Below, piece by piece: positions 1 to 11,507 of a DNA stretch of 64,000 nucleotides. Position numbers and translations under genes: made by a program. Where the stretch lies: the NCBI GenBank assembly GCA_041665085.1, contig JBAYJO010000003.1, positions 2,131 through 66,130 on the forward strand. The letters are read 5' to 3'. The stretch is from Patescibacteria group bacterium (lineage in GTDB: Bacteria > Patescibacteriota > UBA1384 > JBAYJO01). How positions within the stretch are numbered: the first letter of the stretch is position 1; every line of letters starts with the position of its first letter. The notes beneath the pieces were generated by a model. The model did no database searches. It worked only from the letters and a program-made list of their open reading frames with translations, and was not told the DNA's origin.

Positions 1-156
1 TGTCCGACTGATTTATGCGAGAGTGAAATACCTAAATCTATAAGCATTGTAATTGATTCATTTACTGCTTTTGCAGTTAAATAAGTGCGTAGTTTTATCA
101 ATGTGAATTAGATATAAGGAATTTATAAAATTGAAAATTCATACTATTATATTTAT

Positions 157-1749
157 TTAGGTGATTAATCTGCTGATCAATTCTTTAGCTTTTTCTATTG
201 AAATATGGGCAGTATTGGCGATTTCTTCAATTGAGGCTGTTTTTATATTTTCAACAGATCCGAAATGTTGGAGAAGAGATATTCTTTTTTTAGGTCCGAT
301 ACCTGATATTTCTTCAAGAGATGATTTCGGTTTTCGAAGCGACTTTTGAAAAGTAACAGCAAATCTATGAGCTTCATTTCTAATTCTTTGGAGTAAAAAC
401 AGGGTAGGCGAGAGAGTGGGAAGTATAATTGGTTCTTTTGAATTCGGAACAAAAATAAATTCAATTTTTTTTGCCATGGCGGCGATTGGAATATTTAAAT
501 CATATTTTTTAAGAATTGCTTTGCCGGCTGATAACTGACCCTTACCGCCATCAAGTAAAATAAGATCGGGGAGTGGCCAGAATTCTGATTTAGAATGGAT
601 TCCAGATCCGGATTGTCCTTCGGACTTCCGGTCTGGAATGACATTAGGATGGAGACTTCGCTTTGAGTCTGGAATGACAATGATAGATTGCTTTGTCGTT
701 CGCCTGTTGGCGGATTCTTTGCGATGACAAAAAGAGGAACTCGCAATGACAGAGGAGGATCTTGAAAATCGTCGATCAAGAATCTCGCGCATCGAGGCAA
801 CATCATTTTGAATATTTACTTTTTTAATTTTAAACTTTCGATATTCTGATTTATCTGATTCGCCTTCTGTAAAAACTATCATAGATCCGACAATATTTGT
901 GCTTCCTAAATTTGAAATATCAAAACATTCTATTCGGTGTGGAATAGATTTTAAATTTAATTCTTTTTTTAACTGATCAAGAGCTGACATATTTAATCTT
1001 TTTTCAGATTCGTTATTATCGCTTGAAAAGATAAAAGTGTCTGGTTGGTATTTTATTCTTTGAAGTATTGAAATTTGATCTCTTAAAATTTTTGCCAGTT
1101 CAAATTCTTCATTTTTTGAAGCAAGATTCATCTCACGCGATAAGTTGCGAATTGTTTTTTGAGATTTTGACGAGAGAAAATCAATTGCTCTTGCAACTTG
1201 TTTCGCATAAACTTCTTTTGATACTTTGCCTATGCAAGCATCTGTACATTTACCGATTAAATATCCTGAATATGGGCGATGATTGTGTTTAATGTGGCAG
1301 GTTCTGATGCCAAAAACTTGTTGCAAGACTCTGATTGTCTGGCGCATTGAAGAAGCGTTAGTATATGGACCAAAGTATTTTGCTCCATCACTTAATATTT
1401 TTCTGGCAATATGAATTCGAGGAAAATCTTCGTTGGTTAATTTAATGAGTGGGTAATTTTTATCATCTCTCATTTTAATGTTGTAATAGGGGTGATAGAG
1501 TTTGATTAAATTATTTTCAAGAATTAATGCTTCATTTGCTGACTTTGTTTTTATGAATTCGATATTATCGATTTGCTCTAGCATTGAAATATTTTTAAGC
1601 TCCGTTGGTTTTTGAAAATGGGATTTTATTCTATTTTTAATTGAAATTGCTTTTCCAACATAAATAATACGGTCGTTGGAATTTTTAAAAAGATAGACGC
1701 CGGTTTCATTTGGAAGCGATTTAATTATTTTTTTTATTTTATCTTTCAT
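157..1749 (-). CDS. uvrC: Excinuclease ABC subunit C (short form, with an in-frame repeat insertion)
   Basis: N-terminal GIY-YIG (GVYLF..IIYVGKA), UVR motif (EFELAKILRDQI), RNase H-like domain (ECFDISN, LILLDGGKGQL, RNEAHRFA) and C-terminal HhH. Start set at MKDKIKK (1749). Confidence 0.95.
   Translation of the reverse strand: MKDKIKKIIKSLPNETGVYLFKNSNDRIIYVGKAISIKNRIKSHFQKPTELKNISMLEQIDNIEFIKTKSANEALILENNLIKLYHPYYNIKMRDDKNYPLIKLTNEDFPRIHIARKILSDGAKYFGPYTNASSMRQTIRVLQQVFGIRTCHIKHNHRPYSGYLIGKCTDACIGKVSKEVYAKQVARAIDFLSSKSQKTIRNLSREMNLASKNEEFELAKILRDQISILQRIKYQPDTFIFSSDNNESEKRLNMSALDQLKKELNLKSIPHRIECFDISNLGSTNIVGSMIVFTEGESDKSEYRKFKIKKVNIQNDVASMREILDRRFSRSSSVIASSSFCHRKESANRRTTKQSIIVIPDSKRSLHPNVIPDRKSEGQSGSGIHSKSEFWPLPDLILLDGGKGQLSAGKAILKKYDLNIPIAAMAKKIEFIFVPNSKEPIILPTLSPTLFLLQRIRNEAHRFAVTFQKSLRKPKSSLEEISGIGPKKRISLLQHFGSVENIKTASIEEIANTAHISIEKAKELISRLIT
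596..751. repeat. Composite of nested REP-like palindromes inside uvrC
   Basis: TGGATTCCAGATCCGGA..TCCGGTCTGGAATGACA, a second ..TCTGGAATGACA end, and AGATTGCTT..CTCGCAATGACA. The same ends occur in the intergenic repeats at 18811 and 52848/53496. Confidence 0.85.
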
Positions 1750-1915
1750 CAAACGATATAATAACACATTTATTAATATTTGAATATTCCACATCTATTA
1801 AAATAGTTATATGTGAACTATATTATAGATAAGTAAATATTTATTTAAGGAAGGGACAAAATATTCGGGCCTTGGTTTTAGTTAAGTTTTGCTAATTCTA
1901 TTTTTGGTTATATTT

Positions 1916-4900
1916 ATGATAAAACGAATAAAGCTTATTATTTTTTCCGGGCTGTTTGCGATATTATCACTTCAATTGATAATTTTTCAGGGTCTTTTTA
2001 AATACAATGCGAACACTAATGACAAGCTTTCTGTTACGCCGACTGAAATATCCTCTATTTTATTAGCTCCCGATCAAATTAAAGTAAAATGGTCATTTAA
2101 TTCATCTGACGAATTGGGTTTTAAGGTCGAAAGATCTTTATCATATGAGGATGATTTTGTTGAAATTGCAAGAACCGGTCCTAATATTACTTCATATATT
2201 GACAGCGGGATTGATCCAGAAAAAATGTATTATTATCGGGTTAAGGCATATAATCTCGCAGGAGATACTGACTATTCGATCCTTACTTCTCCACCAAAAG
2301 AAGTTAATTATGATTTTATGGCTGGTATTGGAGACATGAAAGAAAGCACCCATATTCATGGTAGCAGTTATTTTAATAGTAACGATGTAGTTGGTCCTTC
2401 GGTAGATGATCAAGTGGCTAATGGTTGGCGTAGACATACTAATATGGCTACTATTCCTAAAATTAATTCTATATTTAGAATCGATCAAGAGGGTGGGTTT
2501 AATAGTCAGTATATGGGTGTTTTGGGAACTAAAAGTAATGATGCCGATATTTCAATAAGCAATGAAATAAATGTTTCGAATATAGATTTACAACAAGGAG
2601 ATATTTTAAGATTTGAATTTGATTATGTTAAGTTTAGCGGGTATGAAGATTTGCCTAATGGAAGCAGCGTGCAGTATGGAATTAGACTCTATGGTCAGGC
2701 AGGCGAAAGTACTAATCCAGCTTTAAATTATGTAAATATGTTTTTTATTCAAAAGGATAATATTGATCCTACGAGTCAAGGACCGTTATATGTTGAAGGA
2801 ACAGTTGTTAGAGACCTTAATATTGAAGGAATATCATATCCAAATTATCCAATTTTACATCTTTATAGTTCTTTTAGGATGTTTGTTGACGGCGATATCG
2901 GTACAGCACAACCAGGAGTTAATTTCAGTGGAGCACATATTTTTATTAAAAAGAAAGATCAATCAAGCTTTCAAAAAATTATTGTTCCAGCGCCTCATAA
3001 TCGTAATGTGCAAACAGGTTTAGTATTTTATAGTCCTGCAAGGTATAATATTTACGATGTGGCATCAAATTTTGATTGGGTTTCAACAGATTATTTGTTT
3101 GATGATGAGGTTTCTAAATTGAAATATTATAATCCAAATGTTAAAGTATATTTTTATATGGCAGCAGCGGCTATGGCAGATTATCGTGATGAAAATTTCA
3201 ATGACTGGACAAATCCTGGTACTGAATTTCAATGGGCGCTTGATAATCATCCGGAGTGGTTTTATAGTCGTTATCGTGATCCTGTTAATAAAATTGGCGA
3301 TATGATTCCTTTGGTCAACGGTGAAGATCCAAGAAAAAAAGAGTATAAAAGATATTTTAATGAGGAGGATTATGCGGAGTACTTAGCCACAGGTGATGAA
3401 TCAAAGCAAATTCCATATTTTTTTGATATTCAGTACCCGCAAATATATTCAGTCAACCCATCTATTCCTTCCTACCAAGATTATTATTATAATTCAGTTG
3501 TAAAAGCACAGAATTTTTATAATTTTGATGGTGTTTTTGTTGATACGCTAGGAGCAACAGGGTCATGGAGTGTAGCAAATCCCTCTCAAGATCTGCAGAA
3601 GTTAGTTTTGCCGGATCAAATTCAAAAATTTCAAGAAAATGTTTTCCCGAGATTAAGAGAAGCAGGCATTACAACCATTCAAAATAATTGTTCTATGCAT
3701 TATTCTACATATGGATACGGTGGTATAACTGCCCTTAACCCATATTGGAAAAAAGATAGTTTATCGGTGGAAAATTTATTACTTGAAAATACACCAACAA
3801 TTGATTTGACTACTTTTGTTAACAATTATTATGGCGGTAGTTCACCAATAGCACTATTTGATGATAATAACCCCGATATGACGGCAGATTTCTTTTTTCA
3901 GGAACGGGCTTTTTTTGGGGGTTATGATCGAAATTATTATAGTACTTCAGAATGGTTAAATGCTTTAACTGATATGGATTTAGCGAGTGAATGGAACGCA
4001 AATTTGTCAGATGATAAAAAGAAAAAAATCTTTCAGTTGGTTCATGGAGTAGATAATGCCGAAAATCCAGCTTTAGGAATTAATGGATGGGCACAGTTTG
4101 GGCTGACTTCTTATTTATTGGGATCAAGCGATTATTCGTGGTTAGGAATTGATAAGGTTGGATCTTATGAACAAATATTTTCATTTTATTCTTTAACCTC
4201 GAAGCTTGGTGATCCGGTTTCGCGTCGTGTGGATTTAAAATCTGATACTGATCATTCGCTTCAATCAAGAAGATTTTCAGGTGGTCTTGTGGTTGTAAAT
4301 GGGGATAGTAATATAGCTCAAAAATATATTCTTAGCAAAGAGATGTTGGATGAAACAAACAGTGTTATTAGCGGTGAAATTACATTGCTTCCTCATACTG
4401 GTCGTATTTTTTATGATTTTCCTATTACAACTGCAAATTATAATCAAAATTATCAATCAAAAAACGGTTTTTTTAATAAAGAAGTAAAAGTAAATTTGTC
4501 GACTTCTGAAACAGTTCATGATAATTTGGTAACATATTATCGTATTGATGATGATGTTCAGAAAATATATAGTGGAGAAATTGTGATTCCGGAAGGCAGC
4601 CACACTCTTTATTATTGGTCGGAAGATACAGGTCCTGATTCGTCATCAGTTGAAGAAGAAAAATCGATTGATTTTAAAATTGACCTGACGGCGCCTCCTG
4701 TAGCTGTTCCTAAAAGTCCATTGTATACATTTAAAAATATTTTAACCTTAAAATTAGATAAAAATATAGATATTACTCAAATGTTTGTCAATGATTCTGA
4801 AATTATCTATAACTCTTCCGGACAATATTGGCATATGGATCAGCAATTAAATGTTGGTGAGACAAAAACTTTAATTATTAAAACAATGGATTTGGCAGGA

Positions 4901-5110
4901 AACAATTCAAATTCTGCGTTAGTAGTTACTCGAAGAAGAATAGGTGATGCAGTATCGAATTTACAAGCAGGTATCGACAAGGTTAATATTTATGATTTTA
5001 GTGCTCTTCTATCTTTTTGGGGAACAAATAATTATTCCACTGATTTTAATGGGGATGGTACAACAGATATTTACGATTTTTCAGATATGTTGTTAAATTG
5101 GACGAATTAA
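1916..5110 (+). CDS. Exported multidomain protein: FN3, putative glycoside hydrolase (GHL15-like), Ig-like modules, C-terminal dockerin
   Basis: Hydrophobic N-terminus; FN3 (IKVKW..GFKVERS..YYYRVKAYN); TIM-barrel-type motifs KLKYYNPNVKVYFY, FDGVFVD, SYLLG..LGDP..RRFSGGLVVVN; duplicated dockerin repeat VNIYDFSALLSFWG / DFNGDGTTDIYDFSDMLLNW. Confidence 0.7.
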   Translation: MIKRIKLIIFSGLFAILSLQLIIFQGLFKYNANTNDKLSVTPTEISSILLAPDQIKVKWSFNSSDELGFKVERSLSYEDDFVEIARTGPNITSYIDSGIDPEKMYYYRVKAYNLAGDTDYSILTSPPKEVNYDFMAGIGDMKESTHIHGSSYFNSNDVVGPSVDDQVANGWRRHTNMATIPKINSIFRIDQEGGFNSQYMGVLGTKSNDADISISNEINVSNIDLQQGDILRFEFDYVKFSGYEDLPNGSSVQYGIRLYGQAGESTNPALNYVNMFFIQKDNIDPTSQGPLYVEGTVVRDLNIEGISYPNYPILHLYSSFRMFVDGDIGTAQPGVNFSGAHIFIKKKDQSSFQKIIVPAPHNRNVQTGLVFYSPARYNIYDVASNFDWVSTDYLFDDEVSKLKYYNPNVKVYFYMAAAAMADYRDENFNDWTNPGTEFQWALDNHPEWFYSRYRDPVNKIGDMIPLVNGEDPRKKEYKRYFNEEDYAEYLATGDESKQIPYFFDIQYPQIYSVNPSIPSYQDYYYNSVVKAQNFYNFDGVFVDTLGATGSWSVANPSQDLQKLVLPDQIQKFQENVFPRLREAGITTIQNNCSMHYSTYGYGGITALNPYWKKDSLSVENLLLENTPTIDLTTFVNNYYGGSSPIALFDDNNPDMTADFFFQERAFFGGYDRNYYSTSEWLNALTDMDLASEWNANLSDDKKKKIFQLVHGVDNAENPALGINGWAQFGLTSYLLGSSDYSWLGIDKVGSYEQIFSFYSLTSKLGDPVSRRVDLKSDTDHSLQSRRFSGGLVVVNGDSNIAQKYILSKEMLDETNSVISGEITLLPHTGRIFYDFPITTANYNQNYQSKNGFFNKEVKVNLSTSETVHDNLVTYYRIDDDVQKIYSGEIVIPEGSHTLYYWSEDTGPDSSSVEEEKSIDFKIDLTAPPVAVPKSPLYTFKNILTLKLDKNIDITQMFVNDSEIIYNSSGQYWHMDQQLNVGETKTLIIKTMDLAGNNSNSALVVTRRRIGDAVSNLQAGIDKVNIYDFSALLSFWGTNNYSTDFNGDGTTDIYDFSDMLLNWTN

Positions 5111-5147
5111 TAGTGTATAATAAAAATATATTTATTAGTGGGGAAAA

Positions 5148-6602
5148 ATGAAAAAAATTGTTAGTTTAGTTATTGGAATAATATTTTTTAGCTCATTTAA
5201 TATAGCTTATGCAGCTAATGTAAGTTTATCAATTTCCGGAGCAGGAAGTCATGATAATGGAACTGAATTTGATGTTTCAATAAATGTTGGAGCAAATGGT
5301 AATAATGTTTGTGCTGTTAGAGCAAATCTTAATTATCCATCAAATTTATTAGATGTAGTAAGCGTTGTAAAAGCAGGTCCATCAAGTGCATACTTAGAAA
5401 TTGACAACGATACAACTACAGCGGGAGTGGTCAAATATCTTGGTGGTTTTATGAATTGTACTACTAGTGATAAGCCGTTGTATATTGTAAAATTTAGAGC
5501 AAAAGCTGCTGGCAGTGGGCAATTTTCATTTGGTGAGACCCAAGTAGTGGGAGGATCAGGTGAAAATACTGTTGCTTTAGGTTTTTCTAAATCAACATCA
5601 GATATAAATATTAATCAGGTCAATAGTAGTGTTAGTTCAAGCGCTGATAGTAGCGGCGACGGTAGTGCTAGTAGTAGTTCTTCTGCATCAGGAGATAGTA
5701 GCAGCTCGTCATCTGATAGTAGCTCCAGCAGTACTGATTCGAGTAATACTTCAGGCAGCTCGGCTTCAACTGATAGTAATTCTAGAGCGAGAAATTCAAA
5801 TACCAACAATCAAAATTCTAATACTACTCCAGTGATTGTAGCTGTTAATCCATATTTAAAAACAGTTGTTTTTTCTAGTGATGCCTCTTTTGATACGGAG
5901 AACAAAAAAGTCAAAGGATTTACTTTTTCTGGTACGGCGGAACCAGATAGTAAAGTATATATTACAATAATGAGCTTTCCGATTTTAGCTGAAGCGCAAA
6001 CAAATTCAAGCGGCGTTTGGTCCTTTAGTATTACGAATTGGCTTGAAGATGGCGATCACACTTTGACTGCTTATTCTGAAAAAAACGGAATAAAATCAGC
6101 GGAAATTAAAGTTGGTTTTACTTTTCAAAGTGCCGATAAAAATAGTTTAAAAATAATTTCTGCTTCCGTAGTAAATAAAAATAGTAATTCAAACAATAAT
6201 TATAATACAAATACAAATTCTACCGCTAGCGCGGAAACAAATGCTACTAAAAGTAATTTTTGGACTATTTTAATGTATATCACTCTTGCAATCGTTGCGG
6301 TGATTGTTGTTTTTCTTGTTTTAATTATTAGGCGAAATAAAAATAATAATTCTATAAATCCAACTGCCGATATAAATAATAATCCAGTAATTAATCCAAA
6401 TCCGGTAAATAATGTTGAATCTATGCAACCCGAAAATCAGATTTCTGAAGAAAAAGTTTCAACTGAAGTGTATTCAGCTCCTTCAGTAATTAGCGAGCCT
6501 GTTGAAACTGGCAATACTAATCAAACAAATCAACAAAGTGAAGAGCCAGCAATAATTACTCCGTCTCAAGCTGAAGATGTGACCAAAGATACTAAAAATT
6601 AA
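5148..6602 (+). CDS. Membrane-anchored cohesin-domain surface protein
   Basis: Signal peptide (AYA cleavage); cohesin-like beta-sandwich (GTEFDVSINV, LNYPSNLLDV, VKFRAKAAGSGQFSF); Ser/Asn-rich linker; Ig-like domain (FSGTAEPDSKV, LEDGDHTLTA); C-terminal TM helix followed by RRNK. Confidence 0.75.
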   Translation: MKKIVSLVIGIIFFSSFNIAYAANVSLSISGAGSHDNGTEFDVSINVGANGNNVCAVRANLNYPSNLLDVVSVVKAGPSSAYLEIDNDTTTAGVVKYLGGFMNCTTSDKPLYIVKFRAKAAGSGQFSFGETQVVGGSGENTVALGFSKSTSDININQVNSSVSSSADSSGDGSASSSSSASGDSSSSSSDSSSSSTDSSNTSGSSASTDSNSRARNSNTNNQNSNTTPVIVAVNPYLKTVVFSSDASFDTENKKVKGFTFSGTAEPDSKVYITIMSFPILAEAQTNSSGVWSFSITNWLEDGDHTLTAYSEKNGIKSAEIKVGFTFQSADKNSLKIISASVVNKNSNSNNNYNTNTNSTASAETNATKSNFWTILMYITLAIVAVIVVFLVLIIRRNKNNNSINPTADINNNPVINPNPVNNVESMQPENQISEEKVSTEVYSAPSVISEPVETGNTNQTNQQSEEPAIITPSQAEDVTKDTKN

Positions 6603-9405
6603 GAACTTCTCTTAAATATTGTCCGGTAAATGATTTTTCAACGCCTGCGATATTTTCTGGCGTGCCGGTAGCAACAATTTTACCGCCCTTGTCTCCTCCT
6701 TCGGGTCCAAGATCAATTATAAAATCCGCTGATTTTATAACATCTAAATTGTGTTCAATTACTAAAATTGAATTTCCTGCGTCAACTAAACGATTTAAAA
6801 CTAAAAGTAGTTTATTAATATCATCAAAATGAAGTCCTGTTGTTGGCTCGTCAAGGATGTAAAAAGTGTTTCCTGTTGCGGGCTTGGCAAGCTCCGAGGC
6901 AAGTTTGATTCTTTGAGCCTCACCTCCGGAAAGAGTTGTTGCAGATTGTCCTAGCTTGATATATCCAAGCCCCACATCCATTAATGTTTGTAATTTATCG
7001 GCTATTTTTTTAATTGGTGAGAAAAATTTTAAAGCTTCTTCAACAGTCATATTTAAAACATCAGAAATATTTTTTCCTTTATATTTTACTTCTAGTGTTT
7101 CGTGGTTATATCTTGAGCCGTTGCATACTTCACATGGAACATAAACATCCGGCAGGAAATGCATTTCAATTTTGATCAAACCGTCGCCATTACAATTTTC
7201 GCATCTTCCTCCTGTAACATTAAATGAAAATCTTCCCGGTCTATAACCCCTTTCGCGCGCTTCTTTTGTCATGGAAAAAATTTCACGAATAATGTCAAAA
7301 GTTTTTGTGTAGGTGGCAGGATTTGAACGCGGAGTTCGTCCAATAGGTGATTGGTCGATAATTAGTATTTTGTCAATTTTTTCTGCACCAATGATATCTT
7401 TATGTTCGCCCGGTTTTTCAAGATGGCGCATGATTTTGAATGCAAGGCCTTTATATAATATGTCATTGATTAAAGTTGATTTTCCTGACCCGGAAACTCC
7501 TGTAACGCAAGTAAATACGCCAAGCGGAATAAATGAATTAATGTTTTTTAAATTGTGTTCGCGCGCTCCTCTTATTTCTATAAAATCTTTTGGCGCTCGT
7601 CTTTTTTTAGGAACAATAATTTTTTTCTCGCCTCTTAAATATTGACCGGTAAATGATTCCGGACTTTCTAAAATTTCATTAAGTGAGCCTGAAGCAACTA
7701 CATTTCCACCGTGTTCGCCTGCTCCCGGTCCAATATCGACAATGTAATCAGCGGTTCTAATTGTTTCTTCGTCATGCTCAACAACAATAACTGTGTTTCC
7801 CAGTTCGCGCAAATATTTTAATGTATTGATCAATTTTAAATTGTCTCTTTGATGTAAACCGATTGACGGTTCGTCTAAAATATATAACACGCCCATAAGT
7901 TTACTGCCTAGTTGAGAAGCAAGTCTGATTCTTTGAGCTTCACCGCCGGCAAGTGTCAGTCCCATTCTGTCTAAAGATAAATAGTCTAAACCAACATTCA
8001 TTAAAAATTCTAATCTGTTCATAATTTCTTTTAGGACTTGACCAATTATGGTTTTTTCTCGATCGGTTAATGGTAAATTATGAAAAAAATCATATGCATC
8101 TTTAACTGATTTTGAAGTAAGTTCAGAAATATTTATTCCGTTTACTTTTATTGATAATGATTCTTTTTTTAGTCTTGCGCCTTGGCAGTCCGGACAATTA
8201 TTGACTGAAAAATATTTTTCAATTTCTAATCTTACGGCGTCTGATTCAGTTTGTTTGTATCTATCTTCAAGCATTCTGACAATGCCTTTCCAATTCAGAT
8301 TAAAGACATGCGAACCTGTTGCTGTGCGATGATGTATTTTAATTTTTTCATTTGATCCGTTTAATATTATGTCGAACTGTTCTTTTTTCAAATCTTTAAT
8401 TCTAACATTTGTTGGAATTTGATGATGTTCGCAAACTGCTTTTAATATTGCAGTTAAATATCCATTTTTATTAAAACTCCAAGGTACTATTCCTCCTTGA
8501 TCAATGGTTTTATTGTGATCCGGCATGATTAAATCAGCGTCAATTTCTCTTTTTACTCCAAGCCCTTGGCAAGTAGGGCAGGCACCAAAAGGGGAATTGA
8601 AGGAAAAGAGTCGAGGTGAAATTTCAGAATAAGAAAACCCGCAGGTTGGACAGGAAAGTTCTTCAGAAAAAGTAAAATCTTCGCCTGTTTCAAGGTTGTG
8701 AATTATGACAAGATGATCTGACAAATGAAGAGCTTGTTCAATTGATTCAGCCAATATTTTTCTATTTTCTAAATTTACAGTTGTTTCTGTAATTACGGCG
8801 TCAATATTTTGAGTTTTATATCTTCCAAGCTCAATTTTTTGATTTAAATCAACAAATTTACCGTTAATTCTAACCCTTAAATATCCATCTTGATATAGGT
8901 CGTTTAAGAGTTGGTGATATTCACCTTTTCTTCCGATAACAATTGGAGATAGAATTATTATTTTCTTATTATTTAATAGATCGGCAACGAAATCTATAAT
9001 TTGATCAATGGTTTGTTTTACAATCGGAGTATTGTCGTTTGGGCAAAACGGTTTTCCAACTCTGGCGTAAAAAACTCTTAAATAATCATATATTTCTGTA
9101 ATGGTTCCGACAGTTGAGCGGGGGTTATGGCTGGCTGATTTTTGGTCAATTGAAATTGCAGGGGAAAGTCCATCGATTAAATCTACATCCGGTTTGTCCA
9201 TTGTTCCTAGAAATTGCCTAGCATAAGAGGAGAGAGATTCTATATATCTTCTTTGTCCTTCGGCGTAAATGGTATCAAAGGCAAGCGATGATTTGCCCGA
9301 ACCGGATATACCGGTAATAACAACAAGCTTGTTGCGTGGTATATCAAGATTAATATTTTTTAAATTGTGGGTTTTTGCACCGCGAATTATAATTTTATTT
9401 TCCAT
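6592..9405 (-). CDS. uvrA: Excinuclease ABC subunit A
   Basis: Two ABC ATPase domains ([26 protein letters not shown]) with zinc-finger CxxC pairs. Confidence 0.99.
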   Translation of the reverse strand: MENKIIIRGAKTHNLKNINLDIPRNKLVVITGISGSGKSSLAFDTIYAEGQRRYIESLSSYARQFLGTMDKPDVDLIDGLSPAISIDQKSASHNPRSTVGTITEIYDYLRVFYARVGKPFCPNDNTPIVKQTIDQIIDFVADLLNNKKIIILSPIVIGRKGEYHQLLNDLYQDGYLRVRINGKFVDLNQKIELGRYKTQNIDAVITETTVNLENRKILAESIEQALHLSDHLVIIHNLETGEDFTFSEELSCPTCGFSYSEISPRLFSFNSPFGACPTCQGLGVKREIDADLIMPDHNKTIDQGGIVPWSFNKNGYLTAILKAVCEHHQIPTNVRIKDLKKEQFDIILNGSNEKIKIHHRTATGSHVFNLNWKGIVRMLEDRYKQTESDAVRLEIEKYFSVNNCPDCQGARLKKESLSIKVNGINISELTSKSVKDAYDFFHNLPLTDREKTIIGQVLKEIMNRLEFLMNVGLDYLSLDRMGLTLAGGEAQRIRLASQLGSKLMGVLYILDEPSIGLHQRDNLKLINTLKYLRELGNTVIVVEHDEETIRTADYIVDIGPGAGEHGGNVVASGSLNEILESPESFTGQYLRGEKKIIVPKKRRAPKDFIEIRGAREHNLKNINSFIPLGVFTCVTGVSGSGKSTLINDILYKGLAFKIMRHLEKPGEHKDIIGAEKIDKILIIDQSPIGRTPRSNPATYTKTFDIIREIFSMTKEARERGYRPGRFSFNVTGGRCENCNGDGLIKIEMHFLPDVYVPCEVCNGSRYNHETLEVKYKGKNISDVLNMTVEEALKFFSPIKKIADKLQTLMDVGLGYIKLGQSATTLSGGEAQRIKLASELAKPATGNTFYILDEPTTGLHFDDINKLLLVLNRLVDAGNSILVIEHNLDVIKSADFIIDLGPEGGDKGGKIVATGTPENIAGVEKSFTGQYLREVLNF

Positions 9406-9406
9406 T

Positions 9407-11383
9407 TTAAAACTTAAATTTTCTTAATTCTTTGATTTCATCTCTGATTCTTGCTGCTGTTTCAAATTCCAAATGTTTGGCAGCTTCTCTCATGGCAATT
9501 GTTTTCTGTTTAATAATTTCCGGTACTTGCTCTAGATCTAAAACTAAATCTTCTGCTTTTTCTGCAATTTCTTCGTTTTTTTCATAAATTGAATATATTT
9601 CTTTTTTAATTGTTTGAGGTGTGATGTTGTGATCGGTATTATATTTTTGTTGGACTTTTCTTCTTTTTTCCGTGACTGAAATTGCTTTTTTCATTGAATC
9701 TGTGATTGTATCTCCATATAATATCACTCTTCCGGCTGAATTTCTAGCTGCTCGGCCAATTGTTTGAATAAGTGATCTTTCTGATCTTAAAAATCCTTCT
9801 TTATCTGCATCTAGAATTGCAACAAGTGAAACTTCGGGCAAATCTAGCCCTTCTCTTAAAAGATTAATTCCGACCAAGACATCAAATTCGCCTTTTCTAA
9901 GTCCGGCTAAGATTTCAAGTCTTTCGAGTGTATCTACTTCGGAGTGAATATATCTTGTTTTTACTCCTGCTTCGGTTAAAAATTCAGCAATATCTTCAGA
10001 CAAGGATTTTGTAAGTGTGGTTACTAAAATTCTTTCTTTTTTAACCTGTCTTAATCTAATTTCATGCAAGATATCATCGATTTGATTTTTTGTTGGACGA
10101 ACTTCAATTTCAGGATCAACAAGACCGGTTGGACGAATGACTTGTTCCACAATTTGAGTTGAGTTTTCCTCTTCAAAATGACTTGGTGTGGCTGATGTAA
10201 AAATTGCTTGAGAAACTTTTTTTTCAAATTCGTCAAATTTTAAAGGTCTATTATCAAGGGCTGATGGAAGTCTAAATCCATGTTCAACTAAAACTTCTTT
10301 TCTGGCGCGATCACCATTATGCATTCCGTTGATTTGAGGTATGGTAATGTGTGATTCATCGATTATGGTTAAAAAATCTGCAGGCCCGCCTTCAGTCGAG
10401 GCAGGAAAATAATCAAGTAAAGTTGCAGGAGGAGATCCGGCTGGACGATCTGACAAAATTCTTGAATAATTTTCAATACCATTACAATAACCAATATTTT
10501 CAAGCATTTCCATATCAAATTTTGTGCGCTGCTCCAGTCTTTGAGCTTCGAGCAATTTATTATGTGATTTTAAATCTTTAAGCCTTGATTCTAATTCAGA
10601 TTTTATTTCATTTAATGCTTTTTTGAGTTTTTGCGGTGAGATTAAAAAATGTTTTGCTGGGAAAATTGTAATATATCCAATATTTTCTGATTGTCGTCTT
10701 GAAATCGGATCAACTTCAAAAATATTAATTATTTTATTTCCCTGAAGTTCTACGCGAACAATTACATTTGCGTTAACCGGCATAATTTCAATTACTTCTC
10801 CTTTAGCTTTGAATGTTCCGCGTGTCAAATTTACATCGTTTCTCACAAAAAGCATTTCTATCAATTTTTTAATAATTTCATCTCGTGAAATTTTTTGAGC
10901 TGTGTAAATATTTAAAACCGTTTGTTTATATTCAATAGGGGATCCAAGACCATAAATGCAAGAAACGGAGGCAATTATAATTACGTCTTTGCGAGAAAGT
11001 AATGCTGAAGTGGCAGCATGTCGAAGTCTTTCAATTTCGTCATTTATTGTTGCTTCTTTCTCAATATAAGTGTCGGTTGTGGGTAAATATGCTTCCGGCT
11101 GATAGTAATCATAGTATGAAACAAAATATTCTACGGCATTTTTTGGAAAAAATTCGCGATATTCAGCGCAAAGTTGAGCCGCTAGAGTTTTATTTGGAGC
11201 AATTACAAGTGTTGGCTTTTGAATTTGGGCAATAATATTTGCAGCAGTGAATGTTTTTCCTGATCCGGTTACACCTAAAAGAGTCTGGTATTTTTGTTTT
11301 TCTTTGAGCCCTTTAACCAGCTTTTTTATTGCTTGTATTTGATCGCCTTTTGGCAAATATTTTTGTGATAATTCAAATTTCAT
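9407..11383 (-). CDS. uvrB: Excinuclease ABC subunit B
   Basis: [31 protein letters not shown] and a C-terminal UVR motif. Confidence 0.99.
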   Translation of the reverse strand: MKFELSQKYLPKGDQIQAIKKLVKGLKEKQKYQTLLGVTGSGKTFTAANIIAQIQKPTLVIAPNKTLAAQLCAEYREFFPKNAVEYFVSYYDYYQPEAYLPTTDTYIEKEATINDEIERLRHAATSALLSRKDVIIIASVSCIYGLGSPIEYKQTVLNIYTAQKISRDEIIKKLIEMLFVRNDVNLTRGTFKAKGEVIEIMPVNANVIVRVELQGNKIINIFEVDPISRRQSENIGYITIFPAKHFLISPQKLKKALNEIKSELESRLKDLKSHNKLLEAQRLEQRTKFDMEMLENIGYCNGIENYSRILSDRPAGSPPATLLDYFPASTEGGPADFLTIIDESHITIPQINGMHNGDRARKEVLVEHGFRLPSALDNRPLKFDEFEKKVSQAIFTSATPSHFEEENSTQIVEQVIRPTGLVDPEIEVRPTKNQIDDILHEIRLRQVKKERILVTTLTKSLSEDIAEFLTEAGVKTRYIHSEVDTLERLEILAGLRKGEFDVLVGINLLREGLDLPEVSLVAILDADKEGFLRSERSLIQTIGRAARNSAGRVILYGDTITDSMKKAISVTEKRRKVQQKYNTDHNITPQTIKKEIYSIYEKNEEIAEKAEDLVLDLEQVPEIIKQKTIAMREAAKHLEFETAARIRDEIKELRKFKF

Positions 11384-11450
11384 TGCGGGTATATAATAAC
11401 CTATTTTGATACTTTTTGAAAGGTCAAACTATTTAATTTAGTTTTTTTAA

Positions 11451-11478
11451 TTGAAAATATTTGGTTTAGGATTATAAT
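11451..11478 (+). promoter_or_regulatory. Putative sigma70 promoter of the cohesin-dockerin adaptor gene
   Basis: TTGAAA-16 bp-TATAAT, followed by an AAGGAGG RBS. Confidence 0.55.
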
Positions 11479-11507
11479 AGAATTAAGCAAATAATAAGGA
11501 GGCTCTA

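Noticed and set aside
1-150. Partial CDS at the window edge
   Set aside because: Short open frames exist on both strands with no recognisable motif, so it cannot be assigned.
5615-5835. Leu/Val-rich alternative ORFs and AGT/AGC-rich repeats
   Set aside because: They are by-products of the Ser-rich linker in the cohesin protein.
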